Shown here: positions 39,774-53,042 of the stretch, piece by piece
Layout of the letters: each line of letters begins with the position of its first letter
Position numbering within the stretch: the first letter of the stretch is position 1
Assembly (NCBI RefSeq): GCF_001194135.2
Contig: NC_068985.1
Coordinates: 17,542,210-17,606,209, forward strand
From: Octopus bimaculoides
Taxonomy: Eukaryota
Length of the DNA stretch: 64,000 nt
Reading direction: 5' to 3'
Notes under the pieces: generated by a model
The model's input: only the letters and a program-made list of their open reading frames with translations
Databases searched by the model: none
Told to the model about the DNA's origin: nothing
Program-made: the position numbers and the translations under genes

Positions 39774-41301
39774 GACAGCGAGCTGCAAAAATCATTCACC
39801 CGCTACGTTCTGAGTCCAAATTCCACCAAAGTCAACTTCGTCTTTCAGCCTTTCAGGGATTTGTAAAATAATTACCAGTTGAGCACTGGGGTCAATGTAA
39901 TCGGCTTACTCCCTGCCCTAAAAGTGCTGGCCTTGTGCCAAAATTTGAAACCATTATTATTATCATAGATTTTATAATGTCAGTTTCTTCATACACATGC
40001 AAACATGTGCTATAATAGTGAAACTGTAATGTATTTTGACTACACATATGAACATACACACACATATAGAAGGTGTGTGTGTGTGTATACACGCACATAC
40101 ACACTAATCAATACCTTGTGGAACAGGTACATGGAAATTGTAAGTAGTCTATAACACATGCACACAAACATATACGTGTGTGTTCTTGTTTCTATATAAT
40201 GACATTGCATGCTAAATATAAATGGTGTCATTCATTTGGAATCCTTGTTGTGTCTGGCCTAGAAGAAAGAGGGGAGGGTCGGTGACAGGAAGAGCATGCA
40301 GTCATAGAAAATCTGTCTCGATAAATTTCCTTTGATGCAAGCAAGCATGGAAAAGCAGAAGTTAAAACAATGATGATATACAAATAAATTGTTAAATGAA
40401 AGTTGATATTTTAAAGCAAGGTTCAGAATAAAATGGAATATTTACAGACAGGGTAACTCAACAATGAGAGTGGAGTCAAATTTATTACCAAGTTTAAGTT
40501 GAGTTGGACTTCAAGTTTCACCTAGTGGCTTATTCAACCAGTGAAGAAGGCTATATTTTCAGGTATTTATACAGGAAAATCAGAGGAATGCCTAATTAAA
40601 TGATGTGTAGATAGTGTTTTATGTGTATTACAAAATTTGCAATGTAAGATTTCTTTTTATTAGTGGTAGCACTCTGGTGGTGAAGGCACATGGCCTGCTG
40701 GTTAGGGTGTGGCACTCATGATCATAAGGTTGTGGTTTTGATTCCCAGACCGAGCTGTACATCATGTTCATGAGCAAAACACATCATTTGACATTGCTCC
40801 AGTCCACTCAATGGTAAATGAGTTCCAACAAAAGCTGAGAAGTTAATCCTGTAATGGACTGATGTCCTGTTAAGTGCAGTGGTGATCTCAGTTACTTTGT
40901 ACAGCATGAAAACCAGATTAAACTCTGGCTTTCAGTGTCCTAGAACTTATGACAAAACTAAACACTTTAGCATTTAAACTGGCCATAACCAGCCCAAATA
41001 TTCGACTTGTTTTACATTCAAACTGCCCATTCCAAGCCTCTCACACCTAAACTACACTAACATTCAAAAAATAAATAACCACATTATTGAAACTTCAAAG
41101 CTATAGAATAATGCAGGATTAATTTTAAACAATTTGAATAAAAAAGCATTACATCTGATAGAATAATATGAATGCTAAGGGGTTAAGTACTCTGATGAAG
41201 AAGTTCAAAGCTTAAAAAGAACAACATTAAATATAAAAATCAAGAGGTAGGTAGAAGATAAGGTTAAGGAGGGAAAGGAAGAAAAAAATTAAGTGAATAT
41301 A

Positions 41302-41514
41302 CAGGGTGTCCACAAGGTCTTGGTACATGGAGTAAATAAAATCATAACATAAACAATTAAATACAAGAAATAATAATTTCTTAAAGTATGTGTTAATCCC
41401 CATGTGGGTACATGGAGTAAATAAAATCATAACATTAACAATTAAATATAAGAAATAATAATTTCTTAAATTATGCGTTAAATCTCCATGTACCCAGACT
41501 TTATGGACACCCTG
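41302..41514. mobile_element. Tc1/mariner-type MITE with internal 85-bp tandem duplication
   Basis: TA-cagggtgtccacaaggtcttggtacatggag ... ctccatgtacccagactttatggacaccctg-TA (31-bp TIRs, 3 mismatches). The ggtacatggagtaaataaaatcataacat... block occurs at 41322 and 41407. Confidence 0.88.
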
Positions 41515-44500
41515 TAGGTCAGTATTTGGTCAAGTTTGAAAATTTACCTTGGAGTAAGTAATTTGGGCAGATGATTAGTTAAATTGGTTGTTTTATTCTA
41601 ATAACTGATAAGGTTCAAATTGGAATTTGTGAGAGAAAAACTTTTATATTTCTGTATTAGTATGTGCACATGAAGGAATGTAAATTAGTAGACATGTCAC
41701 ATACAAAGATGTAGGTAAAAATAAAGAATTACTAAGAAATTATATTTATAATTTTATTGTATCACAAGAAAATTATCATGCCAATAATAAACACATGCAC
41801 TGGTTCTAGTTCACTTCTTTTATCACCATCATTATTAGTAACAATAAATTAGCCATTTAACTAATTAACTAATTGATTGTTCAGACAATCAAACAATCAA
41901 TTAAATTCACGAGAGTCTGTTCATCACCATATGCAATCTCATCAATAGCATGTCATCTCTGCTCCAAGTCTGTTTCCATCAACAAAATCTGTTTCAACAC
42001 ACAAGTTCACATCAAGAATTTTGCAAACCAAATACGAAAACAAAATACATTTACAATATTCTCCATAAGAACCATGTATATGTTAAGCATCAGATCAGAA
42101 CAATACATTGAAATATATAATAAGTAAAAGGAAAACTTTTAAGTAATAGTATAAATGTGACAGGTTTTTGTTTGCATATAAAACTATTAAATTACTAAAT
42201 ACCATAAAAAACCCCACTGAGATTGAGGTAAATTGCTTAAGAAATCATGTAAGTTGTAATAAAATATATTATACAAACTAACAATAGAGTAATTTAAAAG
42301 AATACTTGAGCTAAATTTCAGATACAGGCTAATATAAAACACTTACAACCACCACACACAAATGGGAATTTTGATTTCAAGGAATCAATAAAAATTTATA
42401 TAAAATCCTTTCCACTAAAAGCACAAGGCCTGAAATTTTGTAGGAGGGGGCTAGTCGATTACATTGACCTCAGTGTTTCACTGGTACTTAATTTATCGAC
42501 CACCAAAAGGACGAAAGGCAAAGTCGACCTCGGTGTAATTTGAACTCAGAATGTAAAGATGGACAAAACGCTGCTAAGCATTTGTCCAGTACACTAATGA
42601 TTCTGGTAGCTTTAATACATACAGGTTAGGCATGCTGATTTCCTCTGCAAAATTAGAATAACTGCAGCCCATCTAAGAAACGAGCCCTACAAGGTGGGGT
42701 GGCTGTGGCAACAAGTGTTGGTGGCCATTCTTTGCCACAATGCCTTTGCAATCATATCCACAAGGCACAGTTGAACAAGTCATTTGGTCCGGGGTCTACA
42801 ACCCATTACTCTTGCTCCCAGCTTCTGCAGCTTAATACCCCTCGACTTTTTTTCTTCTTTTTCTTTTGTTTCCATGGTGAGGTGATTTGACAGAATCTCA
42901 CTGGGTTTCTTTCCTCTTTTGTCAGAAAAGTTTATGGAATGTTCAATAAAGAAATGTATAAGCCATTGTTAACAAATAAAAATGGCTGTATTTCAAGTAA
43001 ATGTTAATTCAGTTGGGTGCCATATAAAGTTAAATTATAACCCTTATTTGTTTTAGTCCTCGGTCAAATCGTCCAACCCATGCTAGCATGGAAAGCGGAC
43101 ATTAAACGATAATGATGATGATGATGATGACTTCTTCAGAAGGCATAAGACCAATTCTCGGATCAAACTGGATTACCTGTTCCTGATTTACTCACTACTC
43201 ACCACCGAATAATGGAGTCCCCCCAACACACACACATATATCTTAACATAAAGCTGCCTATTTCTCCACTGTAGGCCGACTCAGTAAAAGAGGATCTGAG
43301 ACTTACAAGTTGTATGGCAACCTCACTGATACACCCTGTAAAGTGCTAAGTATTAGGATGCCCTTCCTAAAACTAGGAAGGACATCCAGTTGTAGATACC
43401 ATGCCAAAGCAGGCATTGGAGCATCATAGTCCTCAGACCTGTCAGATCTTATCAAACTATCCAACTTATATACCTGCATGGTTGATGATGTTGATCATAT
43501 ATATCATAATCATTTAACATTTATGTTCTAAAAGTGTGTGTGTGTTAGAATATAAATTCCATCTTCTGGAATTTTTAGAGCATTTTCAGAACTCAGCTTC
43601 ACTTCCAGCTATTTGCAGATTTTCTTAGTGCACTTTCATTGTAATTTGAAGCACACATTTATGGAAATCTTGCTTGAATTCAATTCTCATTTTACACAAC
43701 AGAAAATTACAATTGCATTTCATTCTTTCATTTATTCTTCCTTTATTTTTTTAGAGCCTCTCTTATTTTTCCTTTTTCTTTTTCAGGCATTCCTGTTTTA
43801 AACATCTAAAACGCAAACTATGATTTCTGTCTGTCATTTCCATAATTAATTTTTTTCATTCTTTTTCCTCCTCACTAGTTCTGTTTTCATGTTTTAATTT
43901 ACTGAAGAATTACAAGCAATTATCTAGCTTATATTTCATGTCTATTTTTAATATCCGTTGCCTTTTAACAATTACATCTTTTACAGCTTTATCTTTTTAA
44001 ATTCAACAACACAAACATCTTCTTTGAATTCAATACCTTCTTCATGACCATTCGTTGATTACACAATATACAACATTAAATGTATATAACATTGTACCTC
44101 ATTACTACATATTTGGTCTCACTGGCTTTTCATTGGATACAACAAGTGTTCCAGTTGATCCAATCAATGGAAACAGCCTGCTCATGAAATTAACATGCGA
44201 ACGGCTGAGCACACCACGGACATACCTTTAATGTAGTTATCAGGAAGGTTCAATGTGACACAGAATGTGGAAATACAGGTACAACTCATTTTTGCCAGCT
44301 GAGAGGACTGGAGCAACATGAAATAAACTTTCTTGCTTGAGGACACAACATACTGCTAGGAATTGAACTCGGCGCCTTACAATAGTGAGCCAAACACCCT
44401 AACCACTAAGTCAAGTGCCTTCATGAATCTATGGCCTTACATTGAACAACTAGTGCTTTTTACATCCATCATCATTTCATGTCTGCTTTCTCCTGCTGCA

Positions 44501-44956
44501 TGGAACACAGAGTTTTTGAGGCAGATTTTTTGCAGCGAGATCCCTTCTTGTGACCAATTATGTCCTGTTTCCCCAGTTAAGGTAATATTTACCCATGGCA
44601 AGACAAGATTTCATTTCTCACAGCCATTGTTGTAACAATATATCTTATTTGTTAATAAAACACTTTTATTGAGAAATTGTTACCCTTTGCCATCATTCTG
44701 GCATAGCTACAGTTTGCTGTCCTGCCCAGACATTACTATACTCTTTTACTTGTTTCAGTCATTTGACTGCAGCCATGCTGGAGCACCATCTTTAATCAAA
44801 CAAATCGATCCCAGGACCTATTGTTTGTAAGCCTAGTACTTATTCTATCAGTCTCTTTTGTCAAACTGCTAAGTTATGGGAACGTAAACACACCAACATC
44901 GGTTGTCAAGTGATGGTGGAGGGACAAACACAGACACAAACATATATATATATATA

Positions 44957-45087
44957 TCATCATCATCATCATCATCATCGTTTAACGTCCGCTTTCCATG
45001 CTAGCATGGGTTGGACGATTTGACTGAGGACTGGTGAAACCGGATGGCAACACCAGACTCCAGTCTAATTTGGCAGAGTTTCTACAG
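44957..45087 (-). mobile_element. Young family-D tail; near-identical copy at about 51703-51850
   Basis: (cat)n-cgtttaacgtccgctttccatgctagcatgggttggacg...ttggcagagtttctacag. I count about 6 differences over about 110 bp between the two copies. Confidence 0.85.
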
Positions 45088-45693
45088 NNNNNNNNNNNNN
45101 NNNNNNNNNNNNNNNNNNNNNNNNNNNNNNNNNNNNNNNNNNNNNNNNNNNNNNNNNNNNNNNNNNNNNNNNNNNNNNNNNNNNNNNNNNNNNNNNNNNN
45201 NNNNNNNNNNNNNNNNNNNNNNNNNNNNNNNNNNNNNNNNNNNNNNNNNNNNNNNNNNNNNNNNNNNNNNNNNNNNNNNNNNNNNNNNNNNNNNNNNNNN
45301 NNNNNNNNNNNNNNNNNNNNNNNNNNNNNNNNNNNNNNNNNNNNNNNNNNNNNNNNNNNNNNNNNNNNNNNNNNNNNNNNNNNNNNNNNNNNNNNNNNNN
45401 NNNNNNNNNNNNNNNNNNNNNNNNNNNNNNNNNNNNNNNNNNNNNNNNNNNNNNNNNNNNNNNNNNNNNNNNNNNNNNNNNNNNNNNNNNNNNNNNNNNN
45501 NNNNNNNNNNNNNNNNNNNNNNNNNNNNNNNNNNNNNNNNNNNNNNNNNNNNNNNNNNNNNNNNNNNNNNNNNNNNNNNNNNNNNNNNNNNNNNNNNNNN
45601 NNNNNNNNNNNNNNNNNNNNNNNNNNNNNNNNNNNNNNNNNNNNNNNNNNNNNNNNNNNNNNNNNNNNNNNNNNNNNNNNNNNNNNNNNNNNN

Positions 45694-45733
<40 letters not shown>

Positions 45734-46649
45734 AGGTGCCATGCAGTGGAACTGAACCCAGAACCATGTGGTTGGGAAGCAAGCTTCTTACCACACAGCC
45801 ACTCCTTTTACTTATTTCAGTCATTGGACTGCAGCTGTGTGGAGCACTACTTTGAAGGGCTTAGTCAAACAAATCAACACTCAGTACTTATTCTTTTTTT
45901 TAAGTCTGGTACTTATTCTATCGGACTCTTTTTGCTGAACTGCTAGGTTACAGGTACATGGAAAACGCCAACAATTGTTAAATGGAGGTGGAAGACAACA
46001 CAAACACCATGCACAAAAACACTCACACCCACACATGCATAAGGACCTATGAATACATATGCATATATACGCTCATACCTAAATATGCACACACANNNNN
46101 NNNNNATATATATATATATACATATATACATGCGCACTTATCAAAGTATACACACATATATACACTATACATGGGCACACATAGATGCATACTTATTTAC
46201 ACACTAACAGAACCATGACAAAATATATTATCATCGTCATCATCATTTAACGTCTGTTGTCCATGCTGGCATGCAATAGACAGTTTGACTGGGCTGGCAC
46301 ACTGGAAGGCTGCACCAGGATCCCATTTGATTTGGCATGGTTTTCTCCAGCTTGATGCCCTTCCTAACACTAAACACTCCGAGAGTGTAATGGGTGCTTT
46401 TACGTGCCATTTGCGTAACACCAGTATCTGCCATGACTGCAATTTTGCTCAGCTTAATGGGTTTTCTTCTCAAGCACGCACTCAAAAGGAGCTCGGCCAC
46501 TTTGCCTCCATGAGGCTCAGTGCTCAAAAGGAACTCAGCTACCTCGCCTCTGCGAGAAAGCAATTAAGGATACAAAAGAAGGGAAAATTCCTGGTCCATA
46601 AGGAATTACTACTAAGATGGTTAAGATGATAGAGGAGGATATGGGCTAG

Positions 46650-48085
46650 TCACCCATATAGTCAATCAAGTTCTACAGAAAGGCCCCAAAGCCAATGACT
46701 GACATAGTGGTATCATAGTCAATTATTACAAGGGTAAAAGAGATATTTATAGAGAGGTAATTACAGAAATATCAACTGTTGGATTGAACCAGGCCGCAAA
46801 GGTTATCAAAAGAGTCATAGCTTAATTGAGTAGGAAAAAAGTTAGGTTCAATGAGATGCACTTCAGTTTTGTGCCAGGAGGACATGCTACTTATGCCATC
46901 TTTCTAGTGAGACAACTGTAGTAGAAGTACTTAGCTAGGATTAAGCCACTGTACCTAGCATTGGTCAACCTAGAGAAAGCATACAAGGTCCCTTGTTTTC
47001 TGATATGGTGATTGCTGAAAAAAGAAGACAAATGGCTTGCAAGAAGCCATGCAAATCATGCACAGAGGTGCTATCAGCAAGGTATGAGTTAGCAGTGAGT
47101 TCAGCAACAAATATAGTGAGTATGTAGGGATACATCAAGAGTCAGTCTCTCTCCATTTATCATAGTCCTCCAAACCATAACAGTTAAGTTTAAGACTGGA
47201 AGTCAGTAGGAACTCCTATAGACAGATGATCTTGTTCTTATAATAGCTAGAAGATATTCCAGGCATGGAAGCAATACTGAGAATCAAAGGGTGTCAAACA
47301 TAACTTGATAAAGACTACAATATTAGGAAGTAGGAAACTAGACTGGACCCTACTTCCATCAGAGAAATGGTCTTGCTTGATATGTACAAAAAGGGTAGGT
47401 AGAAAAATCTACACAGTATACCCAATGCAAACCATGTATAATCATAGGCAGGTTAACAGAGAAAGCAGACTGTGTGTGTGGCATTTATACAAGAGCAATG
47501 AACACAAAGAGCACATGGGAAATAGATTCTCTCAAATACCCAGGAGGATCCTGAAAAGTAGCTGATAGCTTTTGTTACCTAATTAGCAGTGGAGAATGTT
47601 CTGAAAATGTAGTGCCAGAGTAAGAACAGACTGGAGAAAATTCAGAAAGTTATTATTTCCTTTGGTAATAAAAGGTTTCTTTCTCAGAGTGAAAAGCACA
47701 TTGTATGATGCTTATGTATGAACTGTAATGCTGCATGGTAGTGAATATATATGACATAAACAGATCAGAAGGAGATGAAGCAAGCATGCTCCTCTGAATG
47801 TACACAAACAACAGAATGCAAATGTGTCGAGAGAAGAACAGTAGAAAAGGAATCAAATGTAGATTGTAAGAGAGAAGAATGCATTTGGTATGGAAGTGGG
47901 ATGAGGACAGCTGAATGAAAAGGTGTTGTTTACAATGGATGGAACTTTTGGAAGAAGGCAATCCAGGAAGACATGGAATAAAACAATGACTGAGCTCAAG
48001 ATATACTGAACCTCACAGAGGAAATGACAAAGGACCGAGATGATCAGGGACATTCAGACCTTGAGAAAACCCTCCCATATAAGTA
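46650..48085 (+). mobile_element. Decayed RTE-clade LINE (RT and 3' region)
   Basis: Frame-broken translations YYKGKRD, EMHFSFVPG, AIFLVRQL, KPLYLALVNLEKAY, ELL*TDDLVL, LPSEKWSCLICTKRVGR, EMTKDRD. Confidence 0.88.
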
Positions 48086-48384
48086 AAGATTATGGAATTG
48101 ATGTTAAAGAGGTGATATGCGCATAATGTGTATGCACATATCTGGGTTCCTTGCTCAATGTGTCCCTATCAAGTTTACATCTGTTCTTCCTACCTCATCC
48201 TCCTATCACTCTTCTATCTACTGTATTATTCTTCTGCTGTGAACCCATTTCTACATATATCTTCATTCTTTCTATACTGCCAAACATTATACCCCCTTCT
48301 CTGAGCCATTTCCTTTTAACATCCATCCTTCATTCTTATCAAGGACACCCTACACTACAGCTTGCATCATCAATCAGTAGCATC

Positions 48385-48795
48385 TTTTATCTTTTACTTC
48401 TGTCAGTCATTAGATTGCAGCCATACTGGAGCACTGACTTGAAGAATTTTAGTTGAACAAATTGACCCCAGTACTTATTTTTTTTTAAAGCCAGATACTT
48501 ATTCTATCAGCCTCTTTTAGCAAGCTGCTAAGTTACTGGGATGTAAACACAGCAACACCAGTTGTGAAGTGGTCATGAGGAACAAACAAATGCAAAGATA
48601 TATACAGTCAAATGACTGAAACAAGTAAAAGGGCGGGCTTCTTTTAGTTTCCATCTACCAAATCCATTCACAAGGCTTTGGTCAGCCCAAGGCTATAGCA
48701 AAAGACACTTGCCCAAGGTACCGCGCAGTGGGACTGAACCTGGAACCATGTGGTTGGTAAGCAAGATACTTACTACACAGTCACTCCTGCGCCTA
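48385..48795 (-). mobile_element. A1 SINE, full length; further copies at about 50905-51295(+), 59020-59395(-) and 60395-60596(+, near-consensus tail)
   Basis: Reverse complement of the A1 head and tail motifs described above. Confidence 0.85.
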
Positions 48796-48976
48796 CACAC
48801 ACACAATAACACAAATATATATATATATAAATACATATATATGCATATATGTATATTATATAAACGTAAAAAATATATGTGCAAGCATAAGCATATATAT
48901 ATATATATATAAGCATATACATAAACATATATCTAAAAATTAACATATATATACACACACACACACTTCATTTTTG

Positions 48977-49035
<59 letters not shown>

Positions 49036-49852
49036 NNNNNNNNNNNNNNNNNNNNNNNNNNNNNNNNNNNNNNNNNNNNNNNNNNNNNNNNNNNNNNNNN
49101 NNNNNNNNNNNNNNNNNNNNNNNNNNNNNNNNNNNNNNNNNNNNNNNNNNNNNNNNNNNNNNNNNNNNNNNNNNNNNNNNNNNNNNNNNNNNNNNNNNNN
49201 NNNNNNNNNNNNNNNNNNNNNNNNNNNNNNNTTGTATGTATATATATATATAAACATATATATAAACATACACATTTTTGTATGTATATATATATAAACA
49301 TGAATATTTATGCACACGTGTGTGTGTCTATCCAGAACAATTTCTAAAGTGGTTGCAAAACAACATCTATAGTTTTGGTACCATAATACACTGCACCCAA
49401 TAACAAAGGGCATCTGAATGTATAAATCTGATTCAATAAACTCCAGTTGACTATGCAAGCATGGAAAAGTAGATGCTAAACTCAATGATGATGATGATGA
49501 TAATATCATCATCATCATCATCATCATTTAACGTTCGTTTTCCATGCTGGCATGGGTTGGACAGTTTGACTCAAGCTATTAAGGCCAGGGTCCACACGAG
49601 GCTCCATTGTCTGTTCTGGCATAGTTTCTTCAGCTGGATGCCCTTCCTAATGCTAACCATTCCATAGAGTGTACTGGGTGCTTATAATGTGGTACCAGCA
49701 CGAGTGCTTCTTTTAAGTGGCACCAGTATCGGTATCAATTCTGGTGGGGTAGAGGGGTCTTCTTTGAGTACAGCAATGCACCAGATATCTCAATCCTTAG
49801 TCATCTCCTTCATAAGGCTCAGTGTCTTGATATACATATATATGTATGAGTG

Positions 49853-49895
<43 letters not shown>

Positions 49896-50217
49896 TGAGA
49901 TATATAAATATCATATATTCCCTGGTGTTGCCCACGAAATAAAGCATGTAGTTGCTAGCTAATTTGGTGAATGGGAATCATGATAATTCGACATAATCAT
50001 TTCAAACACAATGCATACATCGTTTGTAACATATATACATGTTTCTATTTTTCCTTAAAATATTACTCATGTTTTAATAACCCATTATAAAAAAAAAATG
50101 CCACAATACCACTGAGGCCATGATAATACAGTTAATATATTTTTTAACACACACACACATATATGTATATATATATATGTGTGTGTGTGTATATATATGT
50201 ATATATATACACATATC

Positions 50218-50249
<32 letters not shown>

Positions 50250-50414
50250 TATATCTATATATATATACACACACACATATAATATAAATAATATATATAT
50301 ATATATGCATATGTGGGCACAGGGCATCATGAAACGTGTACAACAAAAAAGTACAAAGCATGAGTACATGGAACATGAACTATTCTTTCTAACACATGTG
50401 TGTACATGTAGGTG

Positions 50415-50455
<41 letters not shown>

Positions 50456-50815
50456 GTGTGTGAATACACACATACATATATACATACACAAACACACAAA
50501 GTATATGAAATGCATATCAATACACATCAACTTCATGTAATGTCCATGTTCTATGCTAGTATGAAGTGGATGGTTTGACAGATTCTGATGGGTAAAAGGA
50601 CATCATCATACATCATTGTCTATTTAGCAATGGTTTCTAGAGCTAGATGTTCTTCCTAACCCCAAACCACTTTGCAGCATGTATTGAGTACTTTTTCCAT
50701 GCCACTAGAACAGGTTGCAAGACTACAAATCTCAAGGCGGGAAGGGACAGCTTTAGGCTAGAGGATGTGGGGGTTAAAGTATGAGGGAAGGAAGAGGGCA
50801 GAACATCTTGTTGAG

Positions 50816-51037
50816 CAGTGGTTCTCAACCATCTTTGGCCTGTGGACCCCTTTGACTCCCATTTTACTCAGGTGGACCCTCATATCCATTCAATGTTCAA
50901 AACAAATTCTGAACCACATGGTTCCAGGTTCAGTCTCACTGCGTGGCACTATGGGCAAGTGTCTTCTACTGTAGTCTCAGGCTGACCAAAGCCTTGTGAG
51001 TAGATTTGGTAGACAGAAACCGAAAGAAGTCTGTCGC

Positions 51038-51082
<45 letters not shown>

Positions 51083-51440
51083 TTTGTATGTGTTTGTCCC
51101 CCACCCCCATCACCACTTGACAACCAGTGTTGGTGTGTTTACATCCCTGTAACTTAGCAGTTCAGTATAAGTTCAGACAGAATAAGTACTATGCTTAAGA
51201 AATAGGATTTGGGGTTGATTTGTTCAACTAAAACCCTCTGAGGTAGTGCTCCAGCATGGCCACAGTCAAATGACTGAAACAAGTAAAAGAATAAAAAAAT
51301 ATTAGGAATTGTATCAAAAAATTTGTTAAAATATTTAGTTTATTGTAGAAGTATAACCAATTTATTGCACATAAATTTTAACAATAAAATCTTATATGGA
51401 CCCCACAAAGGGCCAAATGAAGTCTGGTTGAGAAACACTG
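50816..51440. mobile_element. hAT MITE with a nested A1 SINE
   Basis: TIRs cagtggttctcaacca / tggttgagaaacactg (15 of 16 match). TSD ttgttgag (50808) / ttgtagag (51441). The A1 SINE occupies about 50905-51295. Confidence 0.88.
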
Positions 51441-52160
51441 TTGTAGAGGAGCTACATGGCTATTCACATTTAGAAGAGAAGGTGGAAGTGATTGGGTAGA
51501 GCTGCAAACATGTAAATAGTGGTGATGAGGTGTCCATGTGACCATACCCTACAAGGTACCAGTTGAGCAGAAGTGAGTGGAGACAGAGGAATTAGGGGCA
51601 AGAGTAGGTGAGGAGAGATTGGCAACAACTATAAAAATTAAGCAGTGTTGTAGGGAGCAATGGAGAAGAGGCATGGGATGCATGACTTGAAGATGTTTTA
51701 TATCATCATCATCATCATCATCATCGTTTAACGCCCGCTTTCCATGCTAGCATGGGTTGGACGACTTAACTGAGGACTGGTGAAACCGGATGGCAACACC
51801 AGGCTCCAATCTAAATTTGGCAGAGTTTCTACAGCTGGATGCCCTTCCTACATATATATATATATATATATTGCATCGAAATGATCATAGGTCATAATAA
51901 AGTCTTTACAATGGATCAGATTTTAGCTCTTATTTAAATCGATATAAATACAAAAGCTCACTTATGAGTATTTTGCTACGTTTGATAACAGATACAATAT
52001 TTTTGCCAANNNNNNNNNNNNNNNNNNNNNNNNNNNNNNNNNNNNNNNNNNNNNNNNNNNNNNNNNNNNNNNNNNNNNNNNNNNNNNNNNNNNNNNNNNN
52101 NNNNNNNNNNNNNNNNNNNNNNNNNNNNNNNNNNNNNNNNNNNNNNNNNNNNNNNNNNNA

Positions 52161-52316
52161 CGCACTATATATTCGTTCTTCACTCGTTTATTACTGCTCT
52201 TATTTTTTTAACTCATGTCCATTGTCCAGAAGATGTGTAACGAAAGATTTCCGGACAATGGACATGAGTTAAAATTTGAACAGTAATAAGCGAGTGAAAA
52301 ACGAATATATAGTGCG
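52161..52316. repeat. Long imperfect inverted repeat (about 70-bp arms, about 17-nt loop), probably a foldback MITE
   Basis: cgcactatatattcgttcttcactcgtttattactg...aactcatgtccattgtccagaa pairs with ttccggacaatggacatgagtt...cagtaataagcgagtgaaaaacgaatatatagtgcg. ttttgccaa left of the gap pairs with ttggcaaaa at about 52327. Confidence 0.9.
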
Positions 52317-53005
52317 TGTGTTTATTTTGGCAAAAAAAAAAAAAATGACCGCCCCGAAATACAATATTTGTTTCAACACACGGTTTCACATCAGGAATCT
52401 TGCAATACAAATTTATAAACGTGTATACACACTACAGGACAATTCTGCCATAAGCATCTTCCTATTGTACTGTTTTCATTTTTAATATACGTAGAAAATG
52501 TTTGTCAGATTTTTCATTGAAACATTAGTAATTAAAATTGTGTAATTACTAACGAGAGTTAGATCACACTGGATCTTTAGTAACGAAAGCACAAACCACA
52601 CATTTATAGCAATATTATGAAAACAATGGAAAAAGTTCTATTTTGGACAGAATATAAAACCCAACATTACGATAGTACCCATATATATGTAATTATATAT
52701 ATACATACACACATACATATTTGTGTGTGAGCGCGCGCGTGTATGGCGAAGAACGAAAAACAAAATCCCATCAACAAAAAGTCAGAATATGTTCACATGG
52801 GTTGGAGACAAGAGGAGGATACATCTTATGGAAAACTTGCCTCAACAAGTTTCAACTGACCCATGTGTATACATGTGCATGTGTGTGTGTGTGTGTGTGT
52901 TTACCGACAAATATATGAATGCATATTTTTTCTGATTTAGGAATTCTAGACGAGTATATAATTATTTACGTGTGTGTGTAGACATACATACAGACATACA
53001 CACAA

Positions 53006-53042
<37 letters not shown>

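Noticed and set aside
41880-42060. Codon-like minus-strand stretch (…METDLEQR*HAIDEIAYGDEQ…), considered as an exon or Sec-containing frame
   Set aside because: Stops in all three frames, no SECIS-like hairpin seen and no family match.
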